Shown one piece after another: positions 34,661 to 44,432 of a DNA stretch of 64,000 nt. Every line of letters starts with the position of its first letter. Positions within the stretch are counted from its first letter, which is position 1. Under the pieces are notes generated by a model. The model searched no databases. It saw only the letters and a list, made by a program, of their open reading frames with translations, and was not told where the DNA came from. A program made the position numbers and the translations under genes. This DNA is from Candidatus Poribacteria bacterium (lineage in GTDB: Bacteria > Poribacteria > WGA-4E > GCA-2687025), in contig OY762492.1 of assembly GCA_963665845.2 (NCBI GenBank), forward strand, positions 1,792,001-1,856,000, written 5' to 3'.

Positions 34661-35112
34661 TGCCGATGTCTGACGTCCCCCAATGGGTCAGGTCGCTGCC
34701 GCATCTGAACGCGAGTTTAAACGCTGTCAGCGCGGCGCTGCTGATTGCCGGATTTCGAGCCGTCCGCAAGGGAAACATAGAGCGGCACCGGAACGCAATG
34801 ATCGCCGCGCTCTGCGTATCCGCTCTGTTTTTGGCGAGTTACCTAACATACCATTTTTATCCAGGCGTCGGCTCGATCCGTTTTGAAAATCCCGCTTGGT
34901 TCCGCCCCGTCTATTTGAGCGTCTTGATTCCGCATATTGTCTTGGCGGTTCCGGTCGCGCCGGCGGCTCTTGTTTTAGTGTTTTTAGCGGGAACGCGCCG
35001 AATCGACGCGCACCGCCGGCTTGCGAAGATCGCCTTGCCGGTCTGGCTGTTCGTGTCAGGAAGCGGCGTCGCCGTCTATCTCATCTTATACGCGGTTTTT
35101 CCGCAGGTTTAG
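34660..35112 (+). CDS. DUF420 family membrane protein
   Basis: LPHLNASLN, HRNAM, FLASYLTYH, HRRLAKIALPVWLFVSGSGV; RBS GGAGG. Confidence 0.85.
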   Translation: MPMSDVPQWVRSLPHLNASLNAVSAALLIAGFRAVRKGNIERHRNAMIAALCVSALFLASYLTYHFYPGVGSIRFENPAWFRPVYLSVLIPHIVLAVPVAPAALVLVFLAGTRRIDAHRRLAKIALPVWLFVSGSGVAVYLILYAVFPQV

Positions 35113-35121
35113 GAGTTCATC

Positions 35122-35415
35122 ATGAAACGCGCCATTCAACTATGCGCCGCCGCCATCGCGCTGCTTTTGTTGGGAGAGCTTTCAACGCTGCTCGCATGCC
35201 CATTGTGCAAAAATGCGGTTGATCAGTCGGTCGGGCAAGAAGCGGCGGCGATGCGCAACGGCCTCGGCAGCGGCTTCGCGTTCAGCATCTATATGATGCT
35301 CGCCGTTCCGTATCTGATCGTCGGCGGGTTTGCCTTTGCAATCTGGAGAAACATCCGCCGCAGCGACTCGTCTAAAGCGACAGGCGATAAGACGGGCAAA
35401 ACGGCGGACGCCTAA
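35122..35415 (+). CDS. Small membrane protein with CxxC after a signal-like N-terminus
   Basis: LLACPLCK followed by a TM helix (SIYMMLAVPY); located in the cox operon; RBS AGGAG. Confidence 0.65.
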   Translation: MKRAIQLCAAAIALLLLGELSTLLACPLCKNAVDQSVGQEAAAMRNGLGSGFAFSIYMMLAVPYLIVGGFAFAIWRNIRRSDSSKATGDKTGKTADA

Positions 35416-35427
35416 CGGAGCGGCGAC

Positions 35428-36369
35428 TTGACGCAACATCCTCCCGCCATCGAAGTTGATCAGCTGTCGTTTCAGTACGGCGAACGGCATGCGCTGCGCG
35501 GCGTCTCTTTCTCGGCGGAGCAGGGCTGCATGTTCGGCGTCGTCGGACCGAACGGAAGCGGCAAATCAACCCTGCTGCGAATCCTTGCGACGCTCCTGCG
35601 CCCGTCCAGCGGAACGGCGCGCGTCTTCAGCATCGACGCGCAGAGCAGCCCGCGCGCCGTCCGTAAAACGATGGGCGTCGTCTTCCAAGGCACCTCTTTA
35701 GACGACAAGCTGACCGTGCGCGAAAATATGCAGTTTCGCGGAAAGCTATACGGCATGCGCAGATCGAAGCTCGCGTCCAAGATAAAGGTCAGCCTGGAAA
35801 GCGGCGGACTCATGGAGCGCGCCGACGACCGCGTCGAAACGCTGTCGGGCGGCATGCGCCGGCGCGTGGAGCTGGCGGCGGCGCTGCTGCATGAACCGCC
35901 CCTGCTGCTGCTGGACGAACCGACAACGGGGCTGGACCCGTCGGCGCGGCATGCGTTCTGGGAAGAAACGGCGCGTCAAAAAAAGGAGCGGGAATTGACC
36001 GTCATCCTCACAACGCATCTCATGGACGAAGCGGAGCGGTGCGGATCTCTCGCGCTGTTTCATTTAGGGGAGCTGATCGCGCTGGAATCGCCTGACGAAA
36101 TGAAGCGGAAGATGGGCTGCGACGTCGTCTCCATGCGCGCGGCAGACGCCTCCGCGCTTGCCGAGGAGCTGTCGGCGCGGTTCGGAATGCGCTGTTTCTG
36201 CAGCGGAAACGAAGCGCGGTTCAACGCTCCCGACGGACGCGAATGGGTCGGAAAACTGCTGGAAATGTTTGGCGAACGCATCGACTCGGTCGCCGTCAGC
36301 AAGCCGTCCATTGAGGATGTTTTCCTGGCGCGGACCGACTACGCGGCGCCGCCGGAAGACGCAGACTGA
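35428..36369 (+). CDS. ABC exporter ATP-binding protein
   Basis: GPNGSGKS, LSGGMRRR, LLDEPTTGLD, TTHLMDEA. Confidence 0.93.
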   Translation: MTQHPPAIEVDQLSFQYGERHALRGVSFSAEQGCMFGVVGPNGSGKSTLLRILATLLRPSSGTARVFSIDAQSSPRAVRKTMGVVFQGTSLDDKLTVRENMQFRGKLYGMRRSKLASKIKVSLESGGLMERADDRVETLSGGMRRRVELAAALLHEPPLLLLDEPTTGLDPSARHAFWEETARQKKERELTVILTTHLMDEAERCGSLALFHLGELIALESPDEMKRKMGCDVVSMRAADASALAEELSARFGMRCFCSGNEARFNAPDGREWVGKLLEMFGERIDSVAVSKPSIEDVFLARTDYAAPPEDAD

Positions 36370-37133
36370 TGGGCGTTTGGCCGATCTGGCGCCGAGATTT
36401 CACCCGTTTTTACCGTCAGCCGAACCGCGTTGGCGGGGCGTTGGGCGCTCCGCTGCTGCTCTGGCTCTTTATCGGGTCGGGCTTTGGAGACGCCTTTTCG
36501 CCGCCTGCAGAGGTCGAGATGGGGTATCTGGAGTATTTTTTCCCAGGCTTCATCGCGCTGGTCGTTCTTTTCACCTCCATTTTTTCGGCGATGTCGATCA
36601 TTGAGGACAGGCGCGAAGGTTTTTTACAGAGCGTCCTGGCGGCGCCTGTGTCGCGCGCCTCCATTGTTACCGGCAAGGCGTTGAGCGCGGCGAGTCAGGC
36701 GCTGGCGCAGAGCCTCATCGCGCTCATTCCCGCGTTTTTCTTTTTAGACGATTTCAGCGCGGCGAAAGCGGGCTTCATCTTGGCGGCGCTGGCGGCGCTC
36801 TCCTTCGGGTTGAGCGCCTTCGGGCTGGCGATGGCGTGGCGAATGGATTCGACGCAGGCGTACCACAGCGTGATGAACCTGATCCTCATGCCGATGTGGC
36901 TGCTGTCGGGAGCGATGTTTCCGTTGACGACGGCGCCTGGGTGGATGAGCTGGCTGATGCGTTTCAACCCGCTTTTTTATGCGGTCGCGGCGCTGCGGTC
37001 CAGTTTTTACGGCGCGACCGAAGCGGAAGCGTTAACTGGCGTCCCGACCGCATGGGCGGCGGGCGCCGCGGTCGCTTTTGGGCTTGTCGGTTTTGGGGCG
37101 GCGGTCTGGGCGGCGCAGCGGCCTGAAGCATGA
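36369..37133 (+). CDS. ABC-2 type permease
   Basis: Six TM helices, EDRREGFLQSVLAAPVSR, LSGAMFP, NPLFY. Confidence 0.9.
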   Translation: MGVWPIWRRDFTRFYRQPNRVGGALGAPLLLWLFIGSGFGDAFSPPAEVEMGYLEYFFPGFIALVVLFTSIFSAMSIIEDRREGFLQSVLAAPVSRASIVTGKALSAASQALAQSLIALIPAFFFLDDFSAAKAGFILAALAALSFGLSAFGLAMAWRMDSTQAYHSVMNLILMPMWLLSGAMFPLTTAPGWMSWLMRFNPLFYAVAALRSSFYGATEAEALTGVPTAWAAGAAVAFGLVGFGAAVWAAQRPEA

Positions 37134-37159
37134 ATACGGCAGGCGCCGCCAACTAGACT

Positions 37160-37379
37160 GTCCCGCTTCCGCGAGGACATGCATTCCCGCCCTCGCGGTA
37201 AAAGCGCGGGAATCTTAAGGCGCCGCAAACCCCTAGCCCCCTTAAGGGGCAGGGAGTTTTGAGCGCGCGGGTTGAAGTCGGTTTGAACTAGGATTGAAGG
37301 ATTTTTAAGATTGCCAAGATTAGCGGCTCACGGGAATTCTCTTGGCAATCTTTTCAATCTTGGCAATCCTAGTTCAGAC
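37160..37379. repeat. Intergenic repeat mosaic including a ~99-bp imperfect inverted repeat
   Basis: REP variant at 37183-37214; C/G hairpin at 37229-37250; arms GTTTGAACTAGGATTG...TTGCCAAGA (from 37281) and TCTTGGCAATC...CCTAGTTCAGAC (to 37379). Confidence 0.8.
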
Positions 37380-37395
37380 AACGAGATCAAGCTTT

Positions 37396-40300
37396 TCACT
37401 TGACCCGCGTTTGATATTTCTCAAAGAAGGCGCGCGACTTCTCCGTCTCCGGATAGGAAACGTCCGCTGGATACGGATAGCTCGGCATCGCCTTAAACGG
37501 CAGCGGACCGATCGTCATCGGATGCGCCGTGTAAAGGTCCATATCCTTGCAATACCCATGCGCATCGAACGCAAAACTGCGGACGCAGCCCTCTGGCACG
37601 GGCGGGAAATCGTCCGCGCGGAACGCCAGCTCCAGCCCGTCCCCCCGCCCCATGATGACAAACTGATCGTCCACCTCCGTCAACAGCGGCAGGACGTCGC
37701 CGAAACGGGTGTGAACGCCGCGCATGTTTTTGAACGGAAACGACGGGTCTATGCTGTCGTAATCGTATAGGCGCGGCATGCGTCCGTCGGGCGAGTATTC
37801 GCGCGGATAGCCCGCCCTTCGCAAGACGGCGCGCGACGCTTCGACTCGATGAAGCGCGGCGGGGCGCGTGGACGCCGCCGCTATAAACAGCTCGTCGATG
37901 TAGATTTCCTGATTCATCCGCAGACGCAGTTCGCGCCATTCGTTCGGCTGAAGGTCGGGCAGCTCCAGCGTCATCATTTTCGGCATGCCGGCGGGATAGC
38001 CGGCGCTCGGCGCCGCAGCGCGCCATTCGCCGTCCGCGCCCCGCGCGTCAACGCTCATCCCCTCCAGCGCCAGCCCTTCCTGCGCCGCCGCGTAATTGAT
38101 GTGCGAATACGGATACTCCACCCAGCCGTAAATGAACAGTACCAGCCGCTCGCCCGTTTTGATCTGAACCGCCTCCTCTGAAAACTGCAGATGAATGGAC
38201 GCCTCTTGCTCTAAAAAGCCGAGGCGCCGCCTGTGCCGTTTCAAGGGCTGATAGACGCGGTCGCGCGCCGCGAGAGCCGGAAGAATGTCAAGTCCCTCAT
38301 AGCCTGCCCCCGTGAAAACGGGGGTCATTTCCGCGCTGATCGGATAATGCCGCTTTGAGAACACATAAAACTGCTCCGTCGGCAGATTCCCGTCCGCCGC
38401 AAACCGCTCGTCTGGATACGCCTCCGTCCCGACGGGATGGTCAACCGCTGTCAGCCCGACCGCGTCCAGGTAGACCGCCTCCTCCATTGGCTCCATGATC
38501 TGAAACAGGTATTCGCCTCTTGCGCCTGCGCGATCAGAAATCTTCGGCGCCAGCTGCCCCGCCTCCAGTTGGACGCGCTCCGTCGGGTCGGGCTGCGCAT
38601 AGACGCCCGGCGCTAAAAAGAAACCGAGTCCGCCGACGCCTAGAAAGTCGCTGATAAACTCATACCGCTCGCCGTTCCACGCAAACAGAATCGGACATGA
38701 GGACGCTTTCCGCTGAACCTCCTTCACCCGCCGAAACTGATTGGCGGGCAGCTCCAGCTCCGACTGCAGAACGCCGTTTGGCCAGAGGATGCGCAGATAG
38801 TCGGCTCCTTCCCGCCGCCCTAAGCCGAACTCAAGATGCGGGTTGGATGCGATGAAGGCGCCGCCGATCATATGCCGCTCCGTCTGACGGCGCATTCCGC
38901 CCGATCGGATTTCAACCTGCGCGCCGTAGCCGGAACGGTTGGCGCGTTCCCCCTCCAGCGCGATATGAAGCCATCGGTTCGCATTTCCGCCTTCGTTTTG
39001 GTAGATGATCAGTTGTCCAGCGTCGTCCAGCGTGAGCAGGTCGCTGTCGCCGTCCGCGTCCATGTCAGCCGCCGCGATCGGTCCGCGCAGGTTTGCGGCG
39101 ATGTTTAAGCCGAATCGTTCGGAGGCGTCTTGGAACGCGCCGGCGCCGTCGTTTTCATAAAGGCGAACGCCGTTTTTTTCGGCGAAGGCGATGTCCAGAT
39201 CGCCGTCGTTGTCCGCGTCAAACGGAACGGCGGAATGCGCCTGGGGCGGGTCTGGGAATTGCAGCCGTTCAAATCTGCCGTCTCGGTTGAGCGCCATCTC
39301 CGCGCCGCTTGGATATAGAAGCAGCAGGTCGACGTTGCCGTCCCCGTCAAAATCGCCTGCTATAGGCGCGATGCGCTCGCCGCCTGGTTTCATTTCCGCC
39401 AGACCCGTCTGCGCGGAGATGTCTGTCCATCGGTTCAATCGGTCGTTTCGATAGAGGCGGGGGGAGCTTCGCTTTGGCAAGGCGATCAGGTCGACGTCCA
39501 TATCGCCGTCTGCGTCGCCGAGGGCGAAGGGCGCGCTGTTCTCTTCCTCTAATTTTTGCTCTATTTTTTGAAAGGCGCCGTTTCCGTTGTTGCGGTAGAC
39601 GGCGAGCGTCTCGGCGCCGGCGGCGATCAGGTCAAGGTCGCCCTCATGGTCCACATCCGCCCATGCCGCTGTATGAATGCCGCCCGCCGCCGCAATGCCG
39701 CTTTCAGCCGTCGCGTCCACAAAACGCATACCGCCCTCGTTTCGCAAAAGTCGGCTCTCTTTCTCCCCAAAGGCGAACAGGTCGGCGTCGCCGTCATCGT
39801 CCATATCGCCGAAAACGCCGCTCATGTACCCTTTAACCGGCATCGGCGCCGTTTCTATCAAACCAGCCTCCGATGAAATGCAGACGACGCCGGCGTTCGG
39901 CAGGTAGATGTCGAGCCGTCCGTCCTGGTTCAGGTCGATCAGCGCAAACCCGTTCTCGCTTGTTTTTACGGGCAGCTCCAGCCGCTTGCGCTTGAACAGA
40001 ACCTTGATTTTCGTTTGGACGCTTTCTTCTTCAGGAAGCGGATAGATTCGGACGACATCCGCATAGACGCCCATTTCGCCGTATGCCATCGCGCGCTTGA
40101 CGCCGGCGTTTGCCGCGTCCATTTCTCTAAAGAGAGCCATCTCTTTCACCGCTTCGTCTCGCCGTTTGAGCCGCACGAGCGCTTGTCCGAGAGAGTAGCG
40201 CGCCGACAAGAGATACGGGTTGATTTCAACCGCCCGCCGCAGCGCCGCCTCCGCCTGTTCATACTCGCCGCGCGTCAGCAGGATGGCGCCGATGAAATAG

Positions 40301-40716
40301 AGGCTGTCGGCGCTGTTCGGGTCGCGCTTGAGCGTCTCGTTGAAATGACGGAACGCCGCGTCGTTGTCGCCGCGGTAGCGCGCTAAGACGGCGAGCGCGT
40401 ATGGCGGATGGGGCATTTTGGGGTTGAGCGCGTCCGCTTTGAGAAAGGCGGCTTGGGCAAGGTCAAGCGCGTCCGCCGCTTCAGGGTCAGACGCCGCGTT
40501 CAGCTGGGCGACGCCGAGGTTCATCCACGCATACTCCCATTCGGGCGCGCGTTCAACCGTTTTTTGAAACGCTTGAACCGCGTCCGCAAACCGGTACTGC
40601 TCCATCAACCCGACGCCGCGGTTCATCCATTTGACCGCCTCGGCGTCCTGCGCTTGCGCGGCGCATGTCCATAAAGCGCATACGGCAAGCGCCGCCGCTG
40701 TCAAGATGCGTCTCAT
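37396..40716 (-). CDS. Secreted TPR + FG-GAP/VCBS + ASPIC/UnbV (CRTAC1-like) protein
   Basis: Signal peptide, N-terminal TPRs, several DxDxDGDxD repeats, NRSGYGAQV...FGLG...WPNG, SSCPILFAWNG. Confidence 0.88.
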   Translation of the reverse strand: MRRILTAAALAVCALWTCAAQAQDAEAVKWMNRGVGLMEQYRFADAVQAFQKTVERAPEWEYAWMNLGVAQLNAASDPEAADALDLAQAAFLKADALNPKMPHPPYALAVLARYRGDNDAAFRHFNETLKRDPNSADSLYFIGAILLTRGEYEQAEAALRRAVEINPYLLSARYSLGQALVRLKRRDEAVKEMALFREMDAANAGVKRAMAYGEMGVYADVVRIYPLPEEESVQTKIKVLFKRKRLELPVKTSENGFALIDLNQDGRLDIYLPNAGVVCISSEAGLIETAPMPVKGYMSGVFGDMDDDGDADLFAFGEKESRLLRNEGGMRFVDATAESGIAAAGGIHTAAWADVDHEGDLDLIAAGAETLAVYRNNGNGAFQKIEQKLEEENSAPFALGDADGDMDVDLIALPKRSSPRLYRNDRLNRWTDISAQTGLAEMKPGGERIAPIAGDFDGDGNVDLLLLYPSGAEMALNRDGRFERLQFPDPPQAHSAVPFDADNDGDLDIAFAEKNGVRLYENDGAGAFQDASERFGLNIAANLRGPIAAADMDADGDSDLLTLDDAGQLIIYQNEGGNANRWLHIALEGERANRSGYGAQVEIRSGGMRRQTERHMIGGAFIASNPHLEFGLGRREGADYLRILWPNGVLQSELELPANQFRRVKEVQRKASSCPILFAWNGERYEFISDFLGVGGLGFFLAPGVYAQPDPTERVQLEAGQLAPKISDRAGARGEYLFQIMEPMEEAVYLDAVGLTAVDHPVGTEAYPDERFAADGNLPTEQFYVFSKRHYPISAEMTPVFTGAGYEGLDILPALAARDRVYQPLKRHRRRLGFLEQEASIHLQFSEEAVQIKTGERLVLFIYGWVEYPYSHINYAAAQEGLALEGMSVDARGADGEWRAAAPSAGYPAGMPKMMTLELPDLQPNEWRELRLRMNQEIYIDELFIAAASTRPAALHRVEASRAVLRRAGYPREYSPDGRMPRLYDYDSIDPSFPFKNMRGVHTRFGDVLPLLTEVDDQFVIMGRGDGLELAFRADDFPPVPEGCVRSFAFDAHGYCKDMDLYTAHPMTIGPLPFKAMPSYPYPADVSYPETEKSRAFFEKYQTRVK

Positions 40717-40803
40717 TATTTTGGCTCCAGCTGTTTCATTGTCAGCTCCGCCAACCGTTCGCCGTCAACAAGCCGATGACCGCCATAATGCCGATCCCTT
40801 CCG

Positions 40804-41598
40804 TTAAACAGGGCGAAACGCGAAGGAGGAGACGACGTCATACCATAAAACAAAACGCTCGCCGTTCACCTTCAGCGCGATGTTTCGGTTCAGCTCAACG
40901 TTGGTTCGACTTTCATGGCAGTAGTGCCGGCTCAACAGAACGCGCCCGTTCCGCGTCAGATACCCCTCCACCAGCAGATCGTCCAAAAAGGTACTCTTGT
41001 CGCCGACATCGTCCTCATAAACGCGCATGCATTCGAAGGTTCTGCCGCCGATGCGGACATCGAACGCGCCCGCGCCGAGCGCCTTGCCGCTGTTGCCGAG
41101 CTGTATCGGTCCGTTGGCGGGCAGCCCAGGCTCAATGCGCCGATTTACACTGCCCCAATCGAACTCAAAGTCGGGGTCCTTGTGAGTGTACCATCCGTAG
41201 CCCGCCGTATAGACCGCCAGATAGCGCGCTTGGTCGGATGTCAGTTGGGCGAAGACGCGCTCCGTTTCAGGCAGCCATCCGCGTCCCGCCGCCCACTCTC
41301 GCCGCTCAATTTCAACGCCGTTGAGCGGGTCGTTCGGTTTCAGTTTGAGCGCCCGGCGCAGCGATTCTTCTCTTGAGGCGCGGTCAAGGTCGCCGGGCTG
41401 CGCGCCGGCGCGCGATTCGATGACGCTGCGAAGCGAGCCGTCAACCGCTTCATACTCCGCATGGGACGCAAACTCGCCCTCTTTCGGCACAATTTGCCAC
41501 CAGCGCAGTTCGGGGCAATCGACAGCGATGGAGCGCCGGTCGGTCGGGAGAATCTCGATCTCTGGGCGCGTCAACGGGAAGTTGTGGTTGGAATTCAT
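40804..41598 (-). CDS. Hypothetical protein
   Basis: 264-aa ORF co-oriented with its neighbours, plausible RBS; no recognised motif. Confidence 0.6.
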   Translation of the reverse strand: MNSNHNFPLTRPEIEILPTDRRSIAVDCPELRWWQIVPKEGEFASHAEYEAVDGSLRSVIESRAGAQPGDLDRASREESLRRALKLKPNDPLNGVEIERREWAAGRGWLPETERVFAQLTSDQARYLAVYTAGYGWYTHKDPDFEFDWGSVNRRIEPGLPANGPIQLGNSGKALGAGAFDVRIGGRTFECMRVYEDDVGDKSTFLDDLLVEGYLTRNGRVLLSRHYCHESRTNVELNRNIALKVNGERFVLWYDVVSSFAFRPV

Positions 41599-41693
41599 GG
41601 CGCTCTCTTTCTGTAGATGCAGTTATCGTTTTCGAAAAAGGCGGCGGACGAGCCGATACAAAAACCGCCTGAATAGATACTCCGCCAATCTTT

Positions 41694-42407
41694 TCATGGG
41701 GCGCCCGCGCTTTCTTGGACAGCGCGCATGAGCGACTCCGTTTTTTCAGCGTCGCGTTTGCCTCGTCTTGCTTCGACGCCGCTGCATAGGTCAATGCCGT
41801 ACGGCTGGACGAATCGGCAAGCTTCCGCCGCGTTTTCAGAGTTAATGCCGCCGGATAAAAAGGTCGGGACGGGAGCCTCCGCAATCAGCTCGCGGCATAG
41901 GTTCCAGTCGCTGCGCCGCCCCGTGCCGCCAAAGCGAAACTTCCCGCCGGCAAAGGCGGCTGTGTCAAACAGCAGCTTGTCGGCGCCCGCGTCGGCGTAT
42001 CGGCGCATCTGCTCCTGAAGCGCCGAGGCGTCCGCCGCGCCGCTTTCGCCTTCAGCCGGCAAAAAAAGCGATTTCCACACCTCGCCCTTGATGCGCTTTT
42101 TGAGTTCGGCGGTTTGCTTCGGCGTCTCTTGACCCAGCAGCTGGACAGCTTCGGCGCCGAGCGTTTGAAAGATGTCAGCCGTCTCTTCAGGCGGCGTATT
42201 AAAAAACAGCGCCGCGCCGGGCGCAGAGGAGGCGGCGAAGATTGCGCGGGCAATTTCTGGGGCGCGGTTCCGCTCGGAGAACGGAACGCCGACGCACACG
42301 CCGACATAATCCGCCCCATGCGCTTCCGCTAAAAGCGCATCCGCAACGGAGCCGGTGCCGCATAATTTGACGCGCGTACGGGGAGACGCCATAGCGTTTG
42401 CCTTCAT
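41694..42407 (-). CDS. trpF: Phosphoribosylanthranilate isomerase
   Basis: RVKLCG, VQLLGQE, LFDT...GGTG...DW, LSGGI..EN, GIDLCSGVE...GKRD; ATGA-coupled to the upstream methyltransferase. Confidence 0.82.
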   Translation of the reverse strand: MKANAMASPRTRVKLCGTGSVADALLAEAHGADYVGVCVGVPFSERNRAPEIARAIFAASSAPGAALFFNTPPEETADIFQTLGAEAVQLLGQETPKQTAELKKRIKGEVWKSLFLPAEGESGAADASALQEQMRRYADAGADKLLFDTAAFAGGKFRFGGTGRRSDWNLCRELIAEAPVPTFLSGGINSENAAEACRFVQPYGIDLCSGVEARRGKRDAEKTESLMRAVQESAGAP

Positions 42408-43693
42408 CGTAAGTAAGGGGGCTGTCCGTTCATGATAATCTCTTGCCGCCGCTTGATCCAACCCTTGTTGGTCAACAGCATGATGATCTCCTCGCGCGAC
42501 ATTTTGCCCTTATGCGAGTCGCAGTACGCGCAGAGAAGCTGCAGGTTGCTGATATGATCGTTCCCGCCCTTCGCCCGCGGGACGATACGATCCACATGAA
42601 AACGCCTCGGCTCAAAATGCGCCGCGCATCTGTTGCAGTAACCGCCTTGCTCTCCGTAAAGATAAAGGCGGTTCTCGGCGCCGTTGTATTTGGGGATTTT
42701 GCCTAGGTCGGTCCGTTTCGGTATGTCGGTCCGATAAGCGACCTGATGCGTTAGCCCAACCTCCTTCAGCAGCCGCGCTTGAACAAGTTCCGCCGCCTTT
42801 TCGGAAATGTCGATGCCGATCCATCGGCGGCCGAGCTGCTCGGCGGCAATGCATGTTGTCGCGCAGCCGCAGAACGGGTCCAGCGCCATATCGCCCTCAT
42901 TCGAGGACGCCCTGATAACGCGGCGGAGAAGCGCCAACGGCTTCTGCGTCGGATAGCCTGTCCGCTCTTTAGAGCTTCGGACGGCGAGCGCAATGCCTGT
43001 CCACCAATCTTCCAATATCTTCCCCCGCCGCCTCATTTTTTCAATGTTTTCTGGTTTGAAGGCGGAGCCTGTATCGAAGGCTTTTCGAGGTTTTTGATTC
43101 GGGTCTTTGTAAGGAACGCGCATTTCCTCGCGGTTGAATGTCCATGTTGTTTTGCTGTTGGAGTACCAATAGATCACATCATGCTTGCGGTTAAACTGGC
43201 GGATTTTGGGCGACCCAGGACCTGTGTACGCCCAGACAATTTCGTTTCGGTAATTCTCTTTCCCGAAAACCGCGTCCATCAGCAGTTTCAGATAATGGCT
43301 CGCTGTCGGATCGCAATGGAGATAAATGGAGCCGTCCGGCTTCAGCAGCCTGCGCATCTCCATGACTCGGATCGCCATGTAGATCAGGTAGCTCATCATG
43401 GAGTCGCCATGAATTTCGCGCGTCGCGGTCAAGAGGGAGTAAAGTCCAGGGTATGCATGCTTGATTTCGCCGTGCCAGACCAGTTTGACATCGTCCATCC
43501 CCCAGGTGTCTTTGAAGGCGGCGCCCGCCGCTTTGCTGCCGATGGGCGCGGCGTAGTTCGCCTTGCTGTTGAAGGGCGGGTCTAGGTAGATCAGGTCAAC
43601 GCTGTCGGAATTCATGCCGCGCATGATGTCCAGGTTGTCGCCTGTCCAGATTGTTTGCGAAGCGAAGTTGGCGGCGCGCGTTCCCTGTTTCAT
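42404..43693 (-). CDS. N6A/N4C DNA methyltransferase (beta class) fused to a C-terminal HNH-like domain
   Basis: LIYLDPPFNS, YPTQKP, LDPFCGCATT; C-terminal CNRC...VDRIVP...NLQLLCAYCD. Confidence 0.88.
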   Translation of the reverse strand: MKQGTRAANFASQTIWTGDNLDIMRGMNSDSVDLIYLDPPFNSKANYAAPIGSKAAGAAFKDTWGMDDVKLVWHGEIKHAYPGLYSLLTATREIHGDSMMSYLIYMAIRVMEMRRLLKPDGSIYLHCDPTASHYLKLLMDAVFGKENYRNEIVWAYTGPGSPKIRQFNRKHDVIYWYSNSKTTWTFNREEMRVPYKDPNQKPRKAFDTGSAFKPENIEKMRRRGKILEDWWTGIALAVRSSKERTGYPTQKPLALLRRVIRASSNEGDMALDPFCGCATTCIAAEQLGRRWIGIDISEKAAELVQARLLKEVGLTHQVAYRTDIPKRTDLGKIPKYNGAENRLYLYGEQGGYCNRCAAHFEPRRFHVDRIVPRAKGGNDHISNLQLLCAYCDSHKGKMSREEIIMLLTNKGWIKRRQEIIMNGQPPYLR

Positions 43694-43750
43694 CTGCCCT
43701 CCTGCAGAAAGCGCAACGGACCTTTAATATAGCGCGGGAGGGCGGCGGAA

Positions 43751-44431
43751 TCAAACGGGAGGGATGTTCCACACGACGCGCTCTAGAAACTCGCGGACGC
43801 AATCAAACGCCTCGTTCTCAAATTTCCAGACGCCTTTTTTTGCCGCAATTCCTACAGCTACATTGGGACTCTCCTGCGCTGCGATATAGATGCGGGCGCG
43901 CGCCTTGTCATTCGGATCCGCTACTCCGTTCCGCTTCTTGACGCATTCAAAAAATTCGTCCACGCATTGATTCAACGGATCATCTTTAAAGCTCTCGCAC
44001 AGCAACGTTTCAAGATAGCCAGAGCGACCGCGACCAGGGAGTATGAGCGCTGTTATAGCGGGATGGTCGCCCTCTACAGCGGTTTGGCCGATCTGGTTGG
44101 GAAAGGGTATTCTGGCGTTTCTCAACGCCGATTGGACGCTTTCGAACGCGCTCTCTTCCGATTTATCAGCGTCGCGAACGATGCCCAGGCTTCGTACATT
44201 CATTTTAAACCCTGGCATCACTGCAAACGCAGGAAGAAAATCTTTCAAATTGTCCTTTCCTTTGAGATCGAGAATGCGGACATCAACCTCCCCCATTGAT
44301 TTCGTCTGCCGCAAATATTCGATGAACGCCTCGAATAAGTGGCATTCGTCTCCGCCTTCCACGAGAATCTGGACACCTGACTCTATCGGTTTTTTGCGCG
44401 CCTCGGTAATGGTATCGATCACAACCCCCAC
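43751..44431 (-). CDS. DUF3226/TOPRIM-like protein
   Basis: ILVEGGDE, GIVRDAD, ILPG...GYLETL, DKA; directly downstream of the ATPase. Confidence 0.7.
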   Translation of the reverse strand: MGVVIDTITEARKKPIESGVQILVEGGDECHLFEAFIEYLRQTKSMGEVDVRILDLKGKDNLKDFLPAFAVMPGFKMNVRSLGIVRDADKSEESAFESVQSALRNARIPFPNQIGQTAVEGDHPAITALILPGRGRSGYLETLLCESFKDDPLNQCVDEFFECVKKRNGVADPNDKARARIYIAAQESPNVAVGIAAKKGVWKFENEAFDCVREFLERVVWNIPPV

Positions 44432-44432
44432 G

